Origin: a virus
Length of the DNA: 42,064 nt
IMG/VR virus record: IMGVR_UViG_3300027797_000002
Direction: 5' to 3' (one strand)
The position numbers were made by a program, and so were the translations under genes. Below are positions 1 through 9,414 of the stretch, piece by piece. The notes beneath the pieces were generated by a model, which was given only the letters and a program-made list of their open reading frames with translations, had not been told where the DNA came from and ran no database searches. How positions within the stretch are numbered: the first letter of the stretch is position 1; every line of letters starts with the position of its first letter.

Positions 1-35
1 GCTGTTATACAGTCTTTATTTTTGCGTTCTCGTGC

Positions 36-103
36 CATATAGTAACATATAGTAATAAACTACAATATTAGGTATAAATATTCATATTTGCAAACATATA
101 GTC
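36..103. promoter_or_regulatory. Three direct CATATAGT(A/C) repeats; candidate operator set in a divergent intergenic region
   Basis: Copies at 36-44, 46-54 and 95-103. They lie between the minus-strand RHH-like gene (its ATG is the 'cat' at 36-38 = 41973-41975) and the rightward gene at 131. Confidence 0.4.
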
Positions 104-104
104 C

Positions 105-112
105 TATATTTG
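105..112 (+). promoter_or_regulatory. Bacteroidetes-type -7 promoter box (TATATTTG)
   Basis: Matches TAnnTTTG and ends 18 nt upstream of ATG 131. Confidence 0.4.
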
Positions 113-130
113 AAGAAAAAACAAATATTT

Positions 131-451
131 ATGTCAGTAAGATGCCTAAATGAGAAGGGAACAGTAGTCTTTATCCCAGAAAAGCTCGTAGCAATGCCAG
201 ACTACATGAGGAGAAATAAACTTGTCGTAGATGAGATAAAACCTCAAGAACCATTAAAGCCTTTATCAAAAGTTAATTTAGAGGTAGAAAAACCACAAGA
301 AGTAGTAGATGATTCTCCAATCGTTGAAATTTTAGCAGAAGAAATTGAACTCACTAAAGAGGAATACTGGGCTATTTTAGATGAAAAAGGAATCGAATAC
401 AAGAAAACTTACGGAATTAATAAACTTAAAGAATTAGCAAATGCCAATTAA
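131..451 (+). CDS. Hypothetical protein with C-terminal HeH/SAP-like motif
   Basis: ORF-track frame 110-451. The TTG at 110 sits inside the -7 box, so ATG 131 is preferred. The C-terminus LTKEEYWAILDEKGIEYKKTYGINKLKELA resembles a helix-extended-helix DNA-binding motif. Confidence 0.55.
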   Translation: MSVRCLNEKGTVVFIPEKLVAMPDYMRRNKLVVDEIKPQEPLKPLSKVNLEVEKPQEVVDDSPIVEILAEEIELTKEEYWAILDEKGIEYKKTYGINKLKELANAN

Positions 452-1301
452 AGAAGAAGAATTAAAGCAATTCGTGTCTGATTATTTAGACATTAATGTA
501 GATTCAATCGAATCATTAGAGAGTTTAAAAGAAACATTTGGTTCATCATTCGCAAGAAAAGATGTTTACAAGTCAGAACTATCAAAAGACCCAAATTTCA
601 TTAATCCATTAATCGGTAAAAGATTAGGAACTATTGAAACTAAGATTAAACAAGCAGCTAAGGATAAATTATCTTTAGAGTTTGATGCTGGGGATTTCAA
701 GGATAAATCTGTTGAGGATTTACTTGATTTAGTAACTGACAAAGCAAAAGGCAAGTTTGAAAAAGAGCTTGGAGATATGCGTTCAAAGGTAACTGGCGAT
801 TCAAGTGAAATTGAAACTAAATACCAAGAGCAATTAAAGTTACTTCGTGAAGAAGCATCTAATTGGAAAAACCAAGCTACTAATGCTAACCAAGAGTTTG
901 AATCATTTAAGACTGGTTTAGTAGTTAAAGAGAAACAACAAAAGCTAAACTCTAATTTAGAGAAAGCATTTAACTCTGTTAAGTATGCTCCAGAAGCAGA
1001 TGAGCTTCGTAAAGAAGGCTTTAAGACAAAGATTATGTCAGATGTAAAGTTTGATTTTGATGAAAATGATAATTTTAGTATCTTTGACAAAGAAGGTAAG
1101 ACTTTATTCCATCCTAACAAGGCTGGAGTTCAATACTCTCCAGAAGATTATTTAAGAGATAAAGCTATTGAATATAAGATTTACCAAATGAATCCAGATG
1201 GAGGCAGACAAACTAATCAGAGAGTGGTAACACAAGCTGAAGTTAATGCTCCAGAAGGGCCAAGAGGAAGAATAATACACCCATCGGCTTCTCAGTATTA
1301 A
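441..1301 (+). CDS. Candidate head scaffolding protein
   Basis: 286 aa, K/E/D-rich and coiled-coil-like. It lies between the portal/MuF genes (across the junction) and the capsid candidate. Position-based call. Confidence 0.45.
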   Translation: MPIKEEELKQFVSDYLDINVDSIESLESLKETFGSSFARKDVYKSELSKDPNFINPLIGKRLGTIETKIKQAAKDKLSLEFDAGDFKDKSVEDLLDLVTDKAKGKFEKELGDMRSKVTGDSSEIETKYQEQLKLLREEASNWKNQATNANQEFESFKTGLVVKEKQQKLNSNLEKAFNSVKYAPEADELRKEGFKTKIMSDVKFDFDENDNFSIFDKEGKTLFHPNKAGVQYSPEDYLRDKAIEYKIYQMNPDGGRQTNQRVVTQAEVNAPEGPRGRIIHPSASQY

Positions 1302-1433
1302 CTGAGTTGCCCTTGTGGCAAAATATACACATCGCAAGTGCGTGGATGCCTTATCCAATAATTAAGGAATAAGTGCCGAAAACTTACAAGGCAATATGAA
1401 ATATGTAAGTGCATTTATTTTAATTTAATTATT

Positions 1434-2483
1434 ATGTCGTATGTATTAGGACAATTAACAGCGTGTCCAACCATCCAAAGAGAACTGACAGATTATTTTA
1501 TGACTTGTCCAGTTAATGAGTTTATGCCATTCTTTGAATTCGTAAACTCTCCAGTAAACAATATCGGCCTTACTCAAGAAGTAGCCCCAGGCGGAGGAAA
1601 GATTAGAACTGTAAGATTAACTTACACTCCTCGCCAATTAGAATCAGCAGTTACAGCCAACATTGCTAACCCTAAGTGTGATGTATCTAACTTCATCGGA
1701 GATAGATTTACAGATTACACATTAGATACAGATGAAAACCAAGGTATTGGTTTCTCAATGACTGCTCAAGAATTAGAAGCAGCTTGTATTGCTAACGAAA
1801 CATATTTTGTTCGTAGATTAGCAGATTTAGTTGATGCTTTAGACCGTAAATTAGCTACCGAGCATACTGCTGACTTAGCTTCTTTAATAGGTAAATGGGC
1901 TTCAAATGTAACTATGAACGCATCTAATGAGTTTGTAGTAAATACATTACAAACTGGTTCAACTATGATTGACCCACAAACAACTGCAAAGATTGACTTT
2001 GCAATGCAAAAAACTGGTTATTGCAATGAATCAATGATTTTTGCTGGTTCTACTCTTGCTGAGTATTACAGAGCAACTTCATCTGCTGGATGTTGCACAC
2101 AACAAGGTATTGATGTTGCGACTATCTTCAACCAATACGGTAAAGCGGTAGCTTATGACAGAAGAATCGAAGCGATTTTTGGAACGGCTAATGCTGTTGC
2201 AATTCAAGCTGGTTCATTAACTTTGTTGAACTACACTCGTAGCCCTTGGAAAGAAGGTATGCCACTTCCTTATCGTGATGCTGGTAACTACATTTCAACT
2301 GTAATTCGCTCTCCAAGAACTGGAATCCCTATGGATTTAACAGTTTCTGATAGCTGTGGTACAGTTTCGGTTTCACTTGTAGCAACTACAAAACTTGTTG
2401 GATTACCTTTGGACATTTATGCTCAAGGCGATTTCATGAGTGGTGTAAACTACATGGCGAAAATCAAAGTTACAAATTCATAA
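1434..2483 (+). CDS. Candidate major capsid protein
   Basis: 349 aa. It follows the scaffold-like gene after a 132-nt leader and is followed by a strong terminator. No family motif recognised. Confidence 0.55.
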   Translation: MSYVLGQLTACPTIQRELTDYFMTCPVNEFMPFFEFVNSPVNNIGLTQEVAPGGGKIRTVRLTYTPRQLESAVTANIANPKCDVSNFIGDRFTDYTLDTDENQGIGFSMTAQELEAACIANETYFVRRLADLVDALDRKLATEHTADLASLIGKWASNVTMNASNEFVVNTLQTGSTMIDPQTTAKIDFAMQKTGYCNESMIFAGSTLAEYYRATSSAGCCTQQGIDVATIFNQYGKAVAYDRRIEAIFGTANAVAIQAGSLTLLNYTRSPWKEGMPLPYRDAGNYISTVIRSPRTGIPMDLTVSDSCGTVSVSLVATTKLVGLPLDIYAQGDFMSGVNYMAKIKVTNS

Positions 2484-2495
2484 TTTTCATTCATT

Positions 2496-2531
2496 GGTGG
2501 GGGGCTAAAACCCCCTACCTTTATTTTTTTT
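2496..2531 (+). terminator. Rho-independent terminator after the capsid gene
   Basis: Stem ggtgggggg / ccccctacc with loop ctaaaa, then tttatttttttt. Confidence 0.8.
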
Positions 2532-2534
2532 AAT

Positions 2535-3548
2535 ATGGCTTGTTTTGACAATCTTATAGGATTAAAAGGCTCTTGTGGAGAGAGTGCATTACCATCTGAT
2601 GGTTTATATTTAAACACACTTGGTATTAGCAGAGAATTTATAGAGGATATAATCAATGAAGATTATGCTGATGTAGATTCTTTTGTGTTAGATAAGATTT
2701 CTTTGGCTCAAGACCAAATTAAAAGTGATATTTATTCTAAGTTTACAGCTAAGTTTAATGTAACATCAATATTAGAATCTGTAAGATTAGGCCAATTTAA
2801 CGAAACACCAACCATTGTTCCAGCTATTGCTGGTAGCTCTAAAGGCATCCAAATGCGTATTTGGAATGATACAACCTTTGCTAAGTGTTATGTTTCTACC
2901 GTACAAACTTACTGGAATTATACTGGTAATGTTGATTTAAAAGTATATGACCTTACACAAGGTGTATTATTAGATACTATTGTAGTGGCTTCGGTTGCTA
3001 ATCAAATAGTTCAAACTACAATCAATAAAGTTTACAAAAGCTCAAGCCAAGACTTAAACATTGTGTTTATTTATGATGCTGCTTTTCCTTCTTATGCTTC
3101 AAGTTTCTTAAACTCTGGATGCGTAACTTGTAATAGAGGTGGTGCTTATATGCAAAATAAATATGTTTACTCAACTGGTGTAACATTTGTAAATACAGAC
3201 CCTAAAACACAAACATACTTGAATGGTAATAGTGATACTGGTGGTATCTCTGTTGTTTATTCTTTACAATGCGACCACGAAGCTTGGATATGCAGTAATG
3301 CTAACTTCTTTGTGAGTGCAATGTTATACAAAACTGCTTATTTGATTACTCAATATGCAGATTTAATGAGCAATTCATTCTCAAGTGCTAATATTGATAG
3401 AGATAGATTAAGGAGCAAGATGGAATATTACGAATTTGAGTACAATAATAGATTAGAAGCTGGGGTAAAAAACTTAAAGATACCTTCTTATGATGTTTGT
3501 TTTTCTTGCAATAGGTTAAGAATGAACAAAACAATCTTGCCAAGTTGA
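2535..3548 (+). CDS. Hypothetical structural-module protein
   Basis: 337-aa ORF directly after the capsid terminator. No motif recognised. Confidence 0.6.
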   Translation: MACFDNLIGLKGSCGESALPSDGLYLNTLGISREFIEDIINEDYADVDSFVLDKISLAQDQIKSDIYSKFTAKFNVTSILESVRLGQFNETPTIVPAIAGSSKGIQMRIWNDTTFAKCYVSTVQTYWNYTGNVDLKVYDLTQGVLLDTIVVASVANQIVQTTINKVYKSSSQDLNIVFIYDAAFPSYASSFLNSGCVTCNRGGAYMQNKYVYSTGVTFVNTDPKTQTYLNGNSDTGGISVVYSLQCDHEAWICSNANFFVSAMLYKTAYLITQYADLMSNSFSSANIDRDRLRSKMEYYEFEYNNRLEAGVKNLKIPSYDVCFSCNRLRMNKTILPS

Positions 3549-3657
3549 TTTACAGCGAGGTAGATGGCATATATGAAACATTCTTTATTTCAAGCTTTTG
3601 GATTGAAGGAGATGAGTTTATCCAACAATTAGTAACAATTAAAATAATATTAAACTG

Positions 3658-4278
3658 ATGACAGTAGCAGACTACCAAACCAAACTAAGGAATCAAATCA
3701 AGGCTTTAAAGTCTGATAAGATTATGCAGTTGGCTGTTTATTCTGTTAATCAGCAAAGGATTGAAAGAATATTTGAGAAGGGGCAAAACACTTATGGTTT
3801 TAAGATTGGGGATTACAATAGTACAACCCCAGTTTACATTAGGCCAGAAGATGCTCCTAAAGCAGTTAAGTTAGGTGGTAAGCCAGAAGCTATTAAAGGC
3901 AAATCTTATAAGAATAAGACTGGAGTTACTTTTAAGAGTACAGAAAAGAATCCAGAAACAGCTTATTACCCAAGTTATAAGGCATTTAGAAGGGCTATGG
4001 GTAGAGAAACTGGCTTTGTTAATATAAGGCTTAATAACCGATTACAAGGGGATTTAGCTAATGTTACTATAAGTAAAGCTACAACTAACTTAGCTAACAA
4101 TAAACCTATTAAGGTTGATAACCATAAATTCATTGTTACTCTTAAAAATCAAGAGAACATTGATAAGATTCAGTCTTTAGAAAAAAGATACGGTAAGATA
4201 ATTGACTTAACTGGGCGAGAGGTTAAATTTTACCACGAGATATTAGAAAAAGAATTTAGATTAGCATTAGCAAAATGA
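3658..4278 (+). CDS. Hypothetical structural-module protein (head-tail connector candidate by position)
   Basis: 206-aa ORF. Its stop overlaps the next start (ATGA). Confidence 0.55.
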   Translation: MTVADYQTKLRNQIKALKSDKIMQLAVYSVNQQRIERIFEKGQNTYGFKIGDYNSTTPVYIRPEDAPKAVKLGGKPEAIKGKSYKNKTGVTFKSTEKNPETAYYPSYKAFRRAMGRETGFVNIRLNNRLQGDLANVTISKATTNLANNKPIKVDNHKFIVTLKNQENIDKIQSLEKRYGKIIDLTGREVKFYHEILEKEFRLALAK

Positions 4279-4904
4279 TACAAACGATAGTAAGATATAT
4301 GCAAAATAAGCTGGATGCTGAAACTATCTTCCAAAGAAACTACGGATTAACCGAGTTAATAGAAAGAGATGGTAGGGTATTCCCTTTATTTTACGAAACT
4401 GATGGCAAATATAAGCTTGACTTCCAACCTAATAAATGGTTTGGGGTTTCTTATTTTAGAAAGAATGGTAATGTAAGCTTTTCTGATGGTAGTTTCCCTT
4501 CTTTAAAGCCTTGTGAAGTACCAGTTACTGTTACAGTCCCATTGAAGTTTATTTGTTCTATTAAGAAGGCTAAATTGAAGTGTGATGACAATTATGCTGG
4601 GGATGACTTGGCTTTTTATATAGCAAAATTATTTGAGGATATTAATGGTCTTAGAACGGAATTAAACGCAAAAAGAGCTACCTTTGTAGTAGGAGAATAT
4701 AGTACAGATTCACAAAAAGTTCTTGATTCAGAATTTAATGGTATGGATGCTATATTTAAACCAGAATATGTTTACTTATCAATGGACATAGAGATAAATG
4801 TTCAAACAACTAAAGAGTGTATGTTTGATTATTGTGGTGGAGTAATCATTGATGAGGATGCAGATAGAGTAGTAGATTCAAGAAATAACAAATTAAGAGC
4901 ATAG
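4275..4904 (+). CDS. Hypothetical structural-module protein
   Basis: 209-aa ORF, ATGA-coupled to the upstream gene and 2 nt before the fibre gene. Confidence 0.55.
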   Translation: MIQTIVRYMQNKLDAETIFQRNYGLTELIERDGRVFPLFYETDGKYKLDFQPNKWFGVSYFRKNGNVSFSDGSFPSLKPCEVPVTVTVPLKFICSIKKAKLKCDDNYAGDDLAFYIAKLFEDINGLRTELNAKRATFVVGEYSTDSQKVLDSEFNGMDAIFKPEYVYLSMDIEINVQTTKECMFDYCGGVIIDEDADRVVDSRNNKLRA

Positions 4905-4906
4905 AA

Positions 4907-7759
4907 ATGGCAGATGTAAGAATACAACAATATCCACAAAAATCAATCGTATCAGATAATGATATATTTTTGATTGCAGATTCTAATGATGTAGATGTAA
5001 ATGGATTTTTAAAATATAAAAAAGTAAGAGCAAAAGACTTACCTTCTATTGTAAACACAGCAGAAAATATTACTTATGCTAACTTAATGGCTTCTATTGC
5101 AGCCAATGACCTTATTACAGGCACATTTTATAGAATTACTGATTCTACTTCTGGAGTTTCTCCATTATTAGTTCAAGCAGTAGGTGTGAATGCTATTAGC
5201 TATCAAGCTTTTGATGGTGCAAATCCACTTAATACTATTAACTATAATGTTGCAACCGATACAATTAGATGGAATAAAAACGAAACAAACCCTCCACAAG
5301 ATTATTTAAGTGGTTCTGGTATTGTTAAATCTACTGCTGGTACTATTTCTTATTTAACTGATAACTCTACTAATTGGAATACAGCTTTTAATGATTCAAT
5401 CGTAAGTGCTGCCGTAACTGGTAGTGCTACAAAGACTTTAACTCTTAATCAACAAGATGGTGGTACGGTTACTGCTTCTTGGAGTGATATAGATACTGGA
5501 TTAACTTCGGTTGGTTTAAGTATGCCTTCTGCTTTTACTGTTTCTAATAGTCCTTTGACTGCTAATGGAACACTTGCAGTAACTGGGGCTGGTGTTGCTT
5601 CTCAATATGTTAGAGGAGATGGTACTTTAGCTGCTTTCCCTTCTACGAGTGGTGGTGGTTCTTCGGTAAGTTATTATTTTAATGGAGGTACTAATCAAGG
5701 TCTAATAGGTGGTAATACTTATTATGAAATGAGTGAAACTGCTGTTATAGGAGTTGGTGCTGATTTTAACATTAATGCAAATGGCTATATTGCTCAATTT
5801 GTAACTGATGCTAACGACCCAGCTTTATTATCTATACCATCTGGTAATTGGAACTTTGAAATGTGGTTTTCTGCAAGTTCTGGTGGTGGTAGTCCAAGTT
5901 TTTATTTAGAATTATATAAATATGATGGTGCTACGCTTACTTTAATTTCAAGTGGCTCTGCTGTTCCAGAATCAATTACTGGTGGTACTGCTATTGATTT
6001 ATATACTACTGCTTTAGCTGTTCCTACAACAGCATTAACGATAACTGATAGATTAGCTGTTAGAGTATTTGTTAATAATAGTAGTAGAACAATTACACTT
6101 CATACACAAAACGGACATTTATGTCAAGCAATAACAACATTTTCTACTGGATTAACAGCCTTAAATGGTTTAACTAATCAAGTTCAATATTTTGCAGTAG
6201 GTACAAGTGGAACTGACTTCGGTATTTCTTCTGCTACTTCTACGCATACTTTCAATTTACCAACGGCTTCGGCTTCTAATAGAGGTGCTTTAAGTAGTGC
6301 TGATTGGACAACTTTTAATAACAAGCAAAACGCTTTAACAAATCCTATCACAGGTACAGGAACAACTAATTACTTACCAAAGTTTACAGGAGCAAGTGCT
6401 TTAGGAAACTCAATTTTACAAGAAGGAACAGTTGCAATAGGATTAGGAGTTACACCAAGTGCTTGGGTTGGAACATCAAGAGCATTACAAATAGGAACGA
6501 GAGCTGCATTATGGGATAGTGGTGGAGCGACTTTGCTTGGTTATAATGTATTTAATGATGGAGTAAATAAATATTTGGTAACTGGCTCTTCTATGAGATA
6601 TTTTATGTCTGATGGTGGACATACTTGGAATATTGCTCCTTCGGGAACTGCGGGTGGTGCAATAACATTTACCACAGCTATGACCTTAGATACAAGTGGT
6701 AACTTAGGTTTAGGAGTTACTACGAGTGCGTGGTACACTACATTTGGCACAAAAGCAATTCAATTTGCTGCATCTGGTTCTGTATATGGTCTTGATGTGT
6801 CATCTTCAGATAGAAGGGCTGGATTAATGAATAATGCGTTTATTAATTCAAGTGGAAATTATATTTATATAAATACAGGGCATTCAACACAATATGAACA
6901 AAATGCTGGGAAACATACTTGGTTAACTGCTGCAAGTGGAACTGCGGGTAATGCAATAACATTTACTTCAGCTATGACTTTGAATGCAAGTGGTAACTTG
7001 GGTATTGGAACTGCTACTCCTGCAAATAAATTAGATGTACAAGTTTCAACTGTTGGAGATGCAATTATAGGTTATTTTAATAATAATGACTTTACTGCTG
7101 CAAATAAATCAGCAATTAGAGTAAGACAACAAACAGGAGTTTCAACTGGATTTTCGGGTTACTTTGGTATGGATGGGAATGTTTTATTTTTATCAAATGA
7201 TACTACTGCAACAAGGCATTTGTCAATTACTACTGCTGGAGCTATATTTACAAGTTCAAGTTTAGGATTAGGAAGTGGATTAGCTTTAAGTGGTTCATCT
7301 GCTCCTGCAAGTGGTATTCAATTCCCTGCAACACAAGTAGCAAGTGCAAATAATAACAATTTAGATGACTACGAAGAAGGAACTTGGACTATGGGTGTAA
7401 CTTTTGGCGGTGCTGCGGTTGGTGTAACTTATTCATCAAATACAGGTAATTATGTTAAAATTGGTAAGCAAGTAACTGTAACAGGTTATATGTTATTAAC
7501 TAACAAGGGAACTTCAACAGGTACAGTATCACTTACAGGTTTACCTTTTACGGTTGCTGCTGCTGCTGCAAATTATAGTGCTACTCCTTTAGTATTAAGT
7601 AATATAACTTTTCTTGGTACAAATGGTGGTTATTCTAATGTGGGTACAAGTACAGTTTCTTTAACGCAAACAACAACTTTAGGTGTAACAAGTGCTTTAG
7701 CTGATACTAATTTTGCAAATAATAGCAGTGTAATCATATCTTTAACATACTTTGTATAA
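4907..7759 (+). CDS. Tail fibre protein
   Basis: 950 aa, G/S/T/A-rich. Repeated shaft units: HTW..A.SGTAG.AITFT.AMTL..SGNLG.G appears twice, plus a related GNSILQEGTVAIGLGV. The C-terminal 'LDDYEEGTWT...GLPF' motif is like many phage fibre tips (from memory). Confidence 0.7.
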   Translation: MADVRIQQYPQKSIVSDNDIFLIADSNDVDVNGFLKYKKVRAKDLPSIVNTAENITYANLMASIAANDLITGTFYRITDSTSGVSPLLVQAVGVNAISYQAFDGANPLNTINYNVATDTIRWNKNETNPPQDYLSGSGIVKSTAGTISYLTDNSTNWNTAFNDSIVSAAVTGSATKTLTLNQQDGGTVTASWSDIDTGLTSVGLSMPSAFTVSNSPLTANGTLAVTGAGVASQYVRGDGTLAAFPSTSGGGSSVSYYFNGGTNQGLIGGNTYYEMSETAVIGVGADFNINANGYIAQFVTDANDPALLSIPSGNWNFEMWFSASSGGGSPSFYLELYKYDGATLTLISSGSAVPESITGGTAIDLYTTALAVPTTALTITDRLAVRVFVNNSSRTITLHTQNGHLCQAITTFSTGLTALNGLTNQVQYFAVGTSGTDFGISSATSTHTFNLPTASASNRGALSSADWTTFNNKQNALTNPITGTGTTNYLPKFTGASALGNSILQEGTVAIGLGVTPSAWVGTSRALQIGTRAALWDSGGATLLGYNVFNDGVNKYLVTGSSMRYFMSDGGHTWNIAPSGTAGGAITFTTAMTLDTSGNLGLGVTTSAWYTTFGTKAIQFAASGSVYGLDVSSSDRRAGLMNNAFINSSGNYIYINTGHSTQYEQNAGKHTWLTAASGTAGNAITFTSAMTLNASGNLGIGTATPANKLDVQVSTVGDAIIGYFNNNDFTAANKSAIRVRQQTGVSTGFSGYFGMDGNVLFLSNDTTATRHLSITTAGAIFTSSSLGLGSGLALSGSSAPASGIQFPATQVASANNNNLDDYEEGTWTMGVTFGGAAVGVTYSSNTGNYVKIGKQVTVTGYMLLTNKGTSTGTVSLTGLPFTVAAAAANYSATPLVLSNITFLGTNGGYSNVGTSTVSLTQTTTLGVTSALADTNFANNSSVIISLTYFV

Positions 7760-7775
7760 CTAAATAAATAAAAAA

Positions 7776-7991
7776 ATGATAGAAGAAATAACATACATTA
7801 GTGAATTTAATGTAAACGAAAACGGAACAATTTCAATTCGTAAAACTACCGATATTGTTAAAGATGAAGTAGTAATTGCTTCAAGCTATTGGAGATGTGT
7901 ATTAGAAGTAAATGACCCTACTGCTGATGAGGTTTTAGGTGTTGATACTTACTTTAGAAATCTTGCTCAATTTGCTTGGGATTCTTTGTAA
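7776..7991 (+). CDS. Hypothetical protein
   Basis: 71-aa ORF immediately downstream of the fibre gene. Confidence 0.55.
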   Translation: MIEEITYISEFNVNENGTISIRKTTDIVKDEVVIASSYWRCVLEVNDPTADEVLGVDTYFRNLAQFAWDSL

Positions 7992-8008
7992 AAATACTAA
8001 CTTTGAAA

Positions 8009-8167
8009 ATGACAAACGAACAAATATTTGGAATATTAGGTCAAGGACTTGATATTGCTACACAAAAAGGAGTATTTAATTTAGGTGATGCAAAATTAGT
8101 AGCTGATGCTTTATTAGAACTTAAAAAAGTTTTAGACATTCAAGAGCCAGAAGTAGTTCAAGAATAA
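8009..8167 (+). CDS. Hypothetical small protein
   Basis: Track frame 7976-8167 starts at a TTG that overlaps the previous gene. ATG 8009 is preferred (MTNEQIFG...). Confidence 0.5.
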   Translation: MTNEQIFGILGQGLDIATQKGVFNLGDAKLVADALLELKKVLDIQEPEVVQE

Positions 8168-8189
8168 GTAGTATAATACTATATTAAAG

Positions 8190-8229
8190 AGTGTCTTGGC
8201 TAAAAGTTGAGGCACTTTTTTTTTATTTT
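8190..8229 (+). terminator. Rho-independent terminator
   Basis: Stem agtgtct / aggcact (one G-U pair), followed by a T-run tttttttttattttt. Confidence 0.65.
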
Positions 8230-8248
8230 TGTAATAGAAACATTGAAT

Positions 8249-8494
8249 ATGAAAAAAATTACAGATTGGTTAAATGGTCTTTTAAAAGATGAGAAAGGTA
8301 CTCCTTCTTCTAAGAGGTTTGTAGGGATTTTTTGTGCTTTAACCTTGTGTATAACTATGTACTCTAATTCTTTCACAGAAGCCCATTTTGTGCCTTCTAA
8401 GGAGCTTGTAGATGCAGTTGCACTATTAGCCTTCGGATGCTTAGGATTGGCTTCAGTAGATAAGATTTGGGGTAAAAAGGAGGATAAAGAATAA
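8249..8494 (+). CDS. Holin candidate (2-TM small membrane protein)
   Basis: ATG 8249 preferred, because TTG 8207 lies in the terminator. Hydrophobic helices FVGIFCALTLCITMY and AVALLAFGCLGLASV. First gene of the block that ends in the endolysin. Confidence 0.45.
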   Translation: MKKITDWLNGLLKDEKGTPSSKRFVGIFCALTLCITMYSNSFTEAHFVPSKELVDAVALLAFGCLGLASVDKIWGKKEDKE

Positions 8495-8775
8495 TGGCTG
8501 TTAAGAAAACTGAAGTTACCCCTTCGGCAATGCCAATATCTTTTGAGCAGTTTAGTAAAGACCCAGTTAAAGGGTTGTTATTTATTGTTATTGTGGCTAT
8601 TGGTTATTTGTATATTGATGGTAAAGTAAACTATACTAACCAAATTAAGAGCTGTAATGAAGAAGTGGTAATGTTGAATCTGAAGATTGATAAATTGACA
8701 GAGCATATTAGAAAAAGTGATTCTACATTAGGTTATATGATTTCAAAGGTTGAAATGTTACAAATATTAAAATGA
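8494..8775 (+). CDS. Lysis-cassette membrane protein (1 TM plus coiled coil)
   Basis: TAATG-coupled to the upstream gene. TM segment LLFIVIVAIGYLYI. Confidence 0.5.
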   Translation: MAVKKTEVTPSAMPISFEQFSKDPVKGLLFIVIVAIGYLYIDGKVNYTNQIKSCNEEVVMLNLKIDKLTEHIRKSDSTLGYMISKVEMLQILK

Positions 8776-9095
8776 AAATAGGTATTATACTTGTCCTTTT
8801 GATGACTGCTGTTTTGGCACAACCGCCAAAGATGATTGACCCCAAAAGTGAGGAGTTAGAAGTGCTTATGCAAAAATCTAAAGATAGATTAAAGAAAATT
8901 AATATTTTAACTAAGCAAATTGATAAATTATCTTCTACTAAAGTATGTGCTATGAAAGATAACATAGTAGCTTTAGAGGAGGAAAAAATACAACTAAAAA
9001 ATGAATTACAAGAAACTAAAGCAGTTGTTGAGTTTAATTCTGCTGATAAATCTACCCCTTTTAGCATTGAGCCAATATCCGACACAACGAATTGA
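8772..9095 (+). CDS. Secreted or membrane-anchored coiled-coil protein (lysis cassette)
   Basis: ATGA-coupled. Signal-like N-terminus MKIGIILVLLMTAVLA. Confidence 0.5.
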   Translation: MKIGIILVLLMTAVLAQPPKMIDPKSEELEVLMQKSKDRLKKINILTKQIDKLSSTKVCAMKDNIVALEEEKIQLKNELQETKAVVEFNSADKSTPFSIEPISDTTN

Positions 9096-9414
9096 GGGTA
9101 AAGATACGGTAGTCGTAATGACTAAGAAACAAGCTGAAAACATCAATGTGGTATTTAAGAATACTAAAAATCAAATTGATAAGCTAAAAATAGAGATAGA
9201 TTCAATCACTAAGATTAAACCTACAAAAGATACCATTAATAGAACATCTATTCTAATACCTAATGGTAATTATCTTCTTTATAACTACAACGAACAACAA
9301 AATAGATACGAATTAGACCCTAAGTCTATGGAATTAGCTAAGGAGTATAAAGAGCCTAATAGTTTGTTTATAGGTCTTGGATTCATTACATTTTTATACT
9401 TACTATTATGGTAG
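9001..9414 (+). CDS. Protein with N-terminal signal-like segment and C-terminal TM (spanin-like candidate)
   Basis: The frame is coupled to the endolysin start (ATGGTAG). ATG 9001 lies 95 nt inside the previous ORF; the alternative start is ATG 9118. C-terminal TM LFIGLGFITFLYLLLW. Confidence 0.45.
   Translation: MNYKKLKQLLSLILLINLPLLALSQYPTQRIEGKDTVVVMTKKQAENINVVFKNTKNQIDKLKIEIDSITKIKPTKDTINRTSILIPNGNYLLYNYNEQQNRYELDPKSMELAKEYKEPNSLFIGLGFITFLYLLLW

Larger units (their letters stand above)
1..127. repeat. Terminal overlap, copy 1 (identical to 41938-42064)
   Basis: Read directly: 127/127 identical bases at both window ends. This implies a closed or terminally redundant genome of 41937 bp. 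Confidence 0.95.

Noticed and set aside
110-130. Upstream TTG/GTG starts proposed by the ORF track (110, 7976, 8207, 12362, 13298, 17613, 18123, 26280, 38389)
   Set aside because: Each lies inside a promoter box, a terminator or the preceding gene. In every case a downstream in-frame ATG with the genome's typical A-rich context removes the conflict.
566-1120. 184-aa minus-strand ORF antisense to the scaffold-like gene
   Set aside because: It is entirely embedded antisense in a well-supported + strand gene, has a Ser/Leu-rich low-complexity translation, and has no promoter or coupling signals. This is a typical shadow ORF of an AT-rich, K/E-rich gene.
8723-9085. 120-aa minus-strand ORF
   Set aside because: It is antisense to the coupled lysis-cassette genes and has no independent signals.
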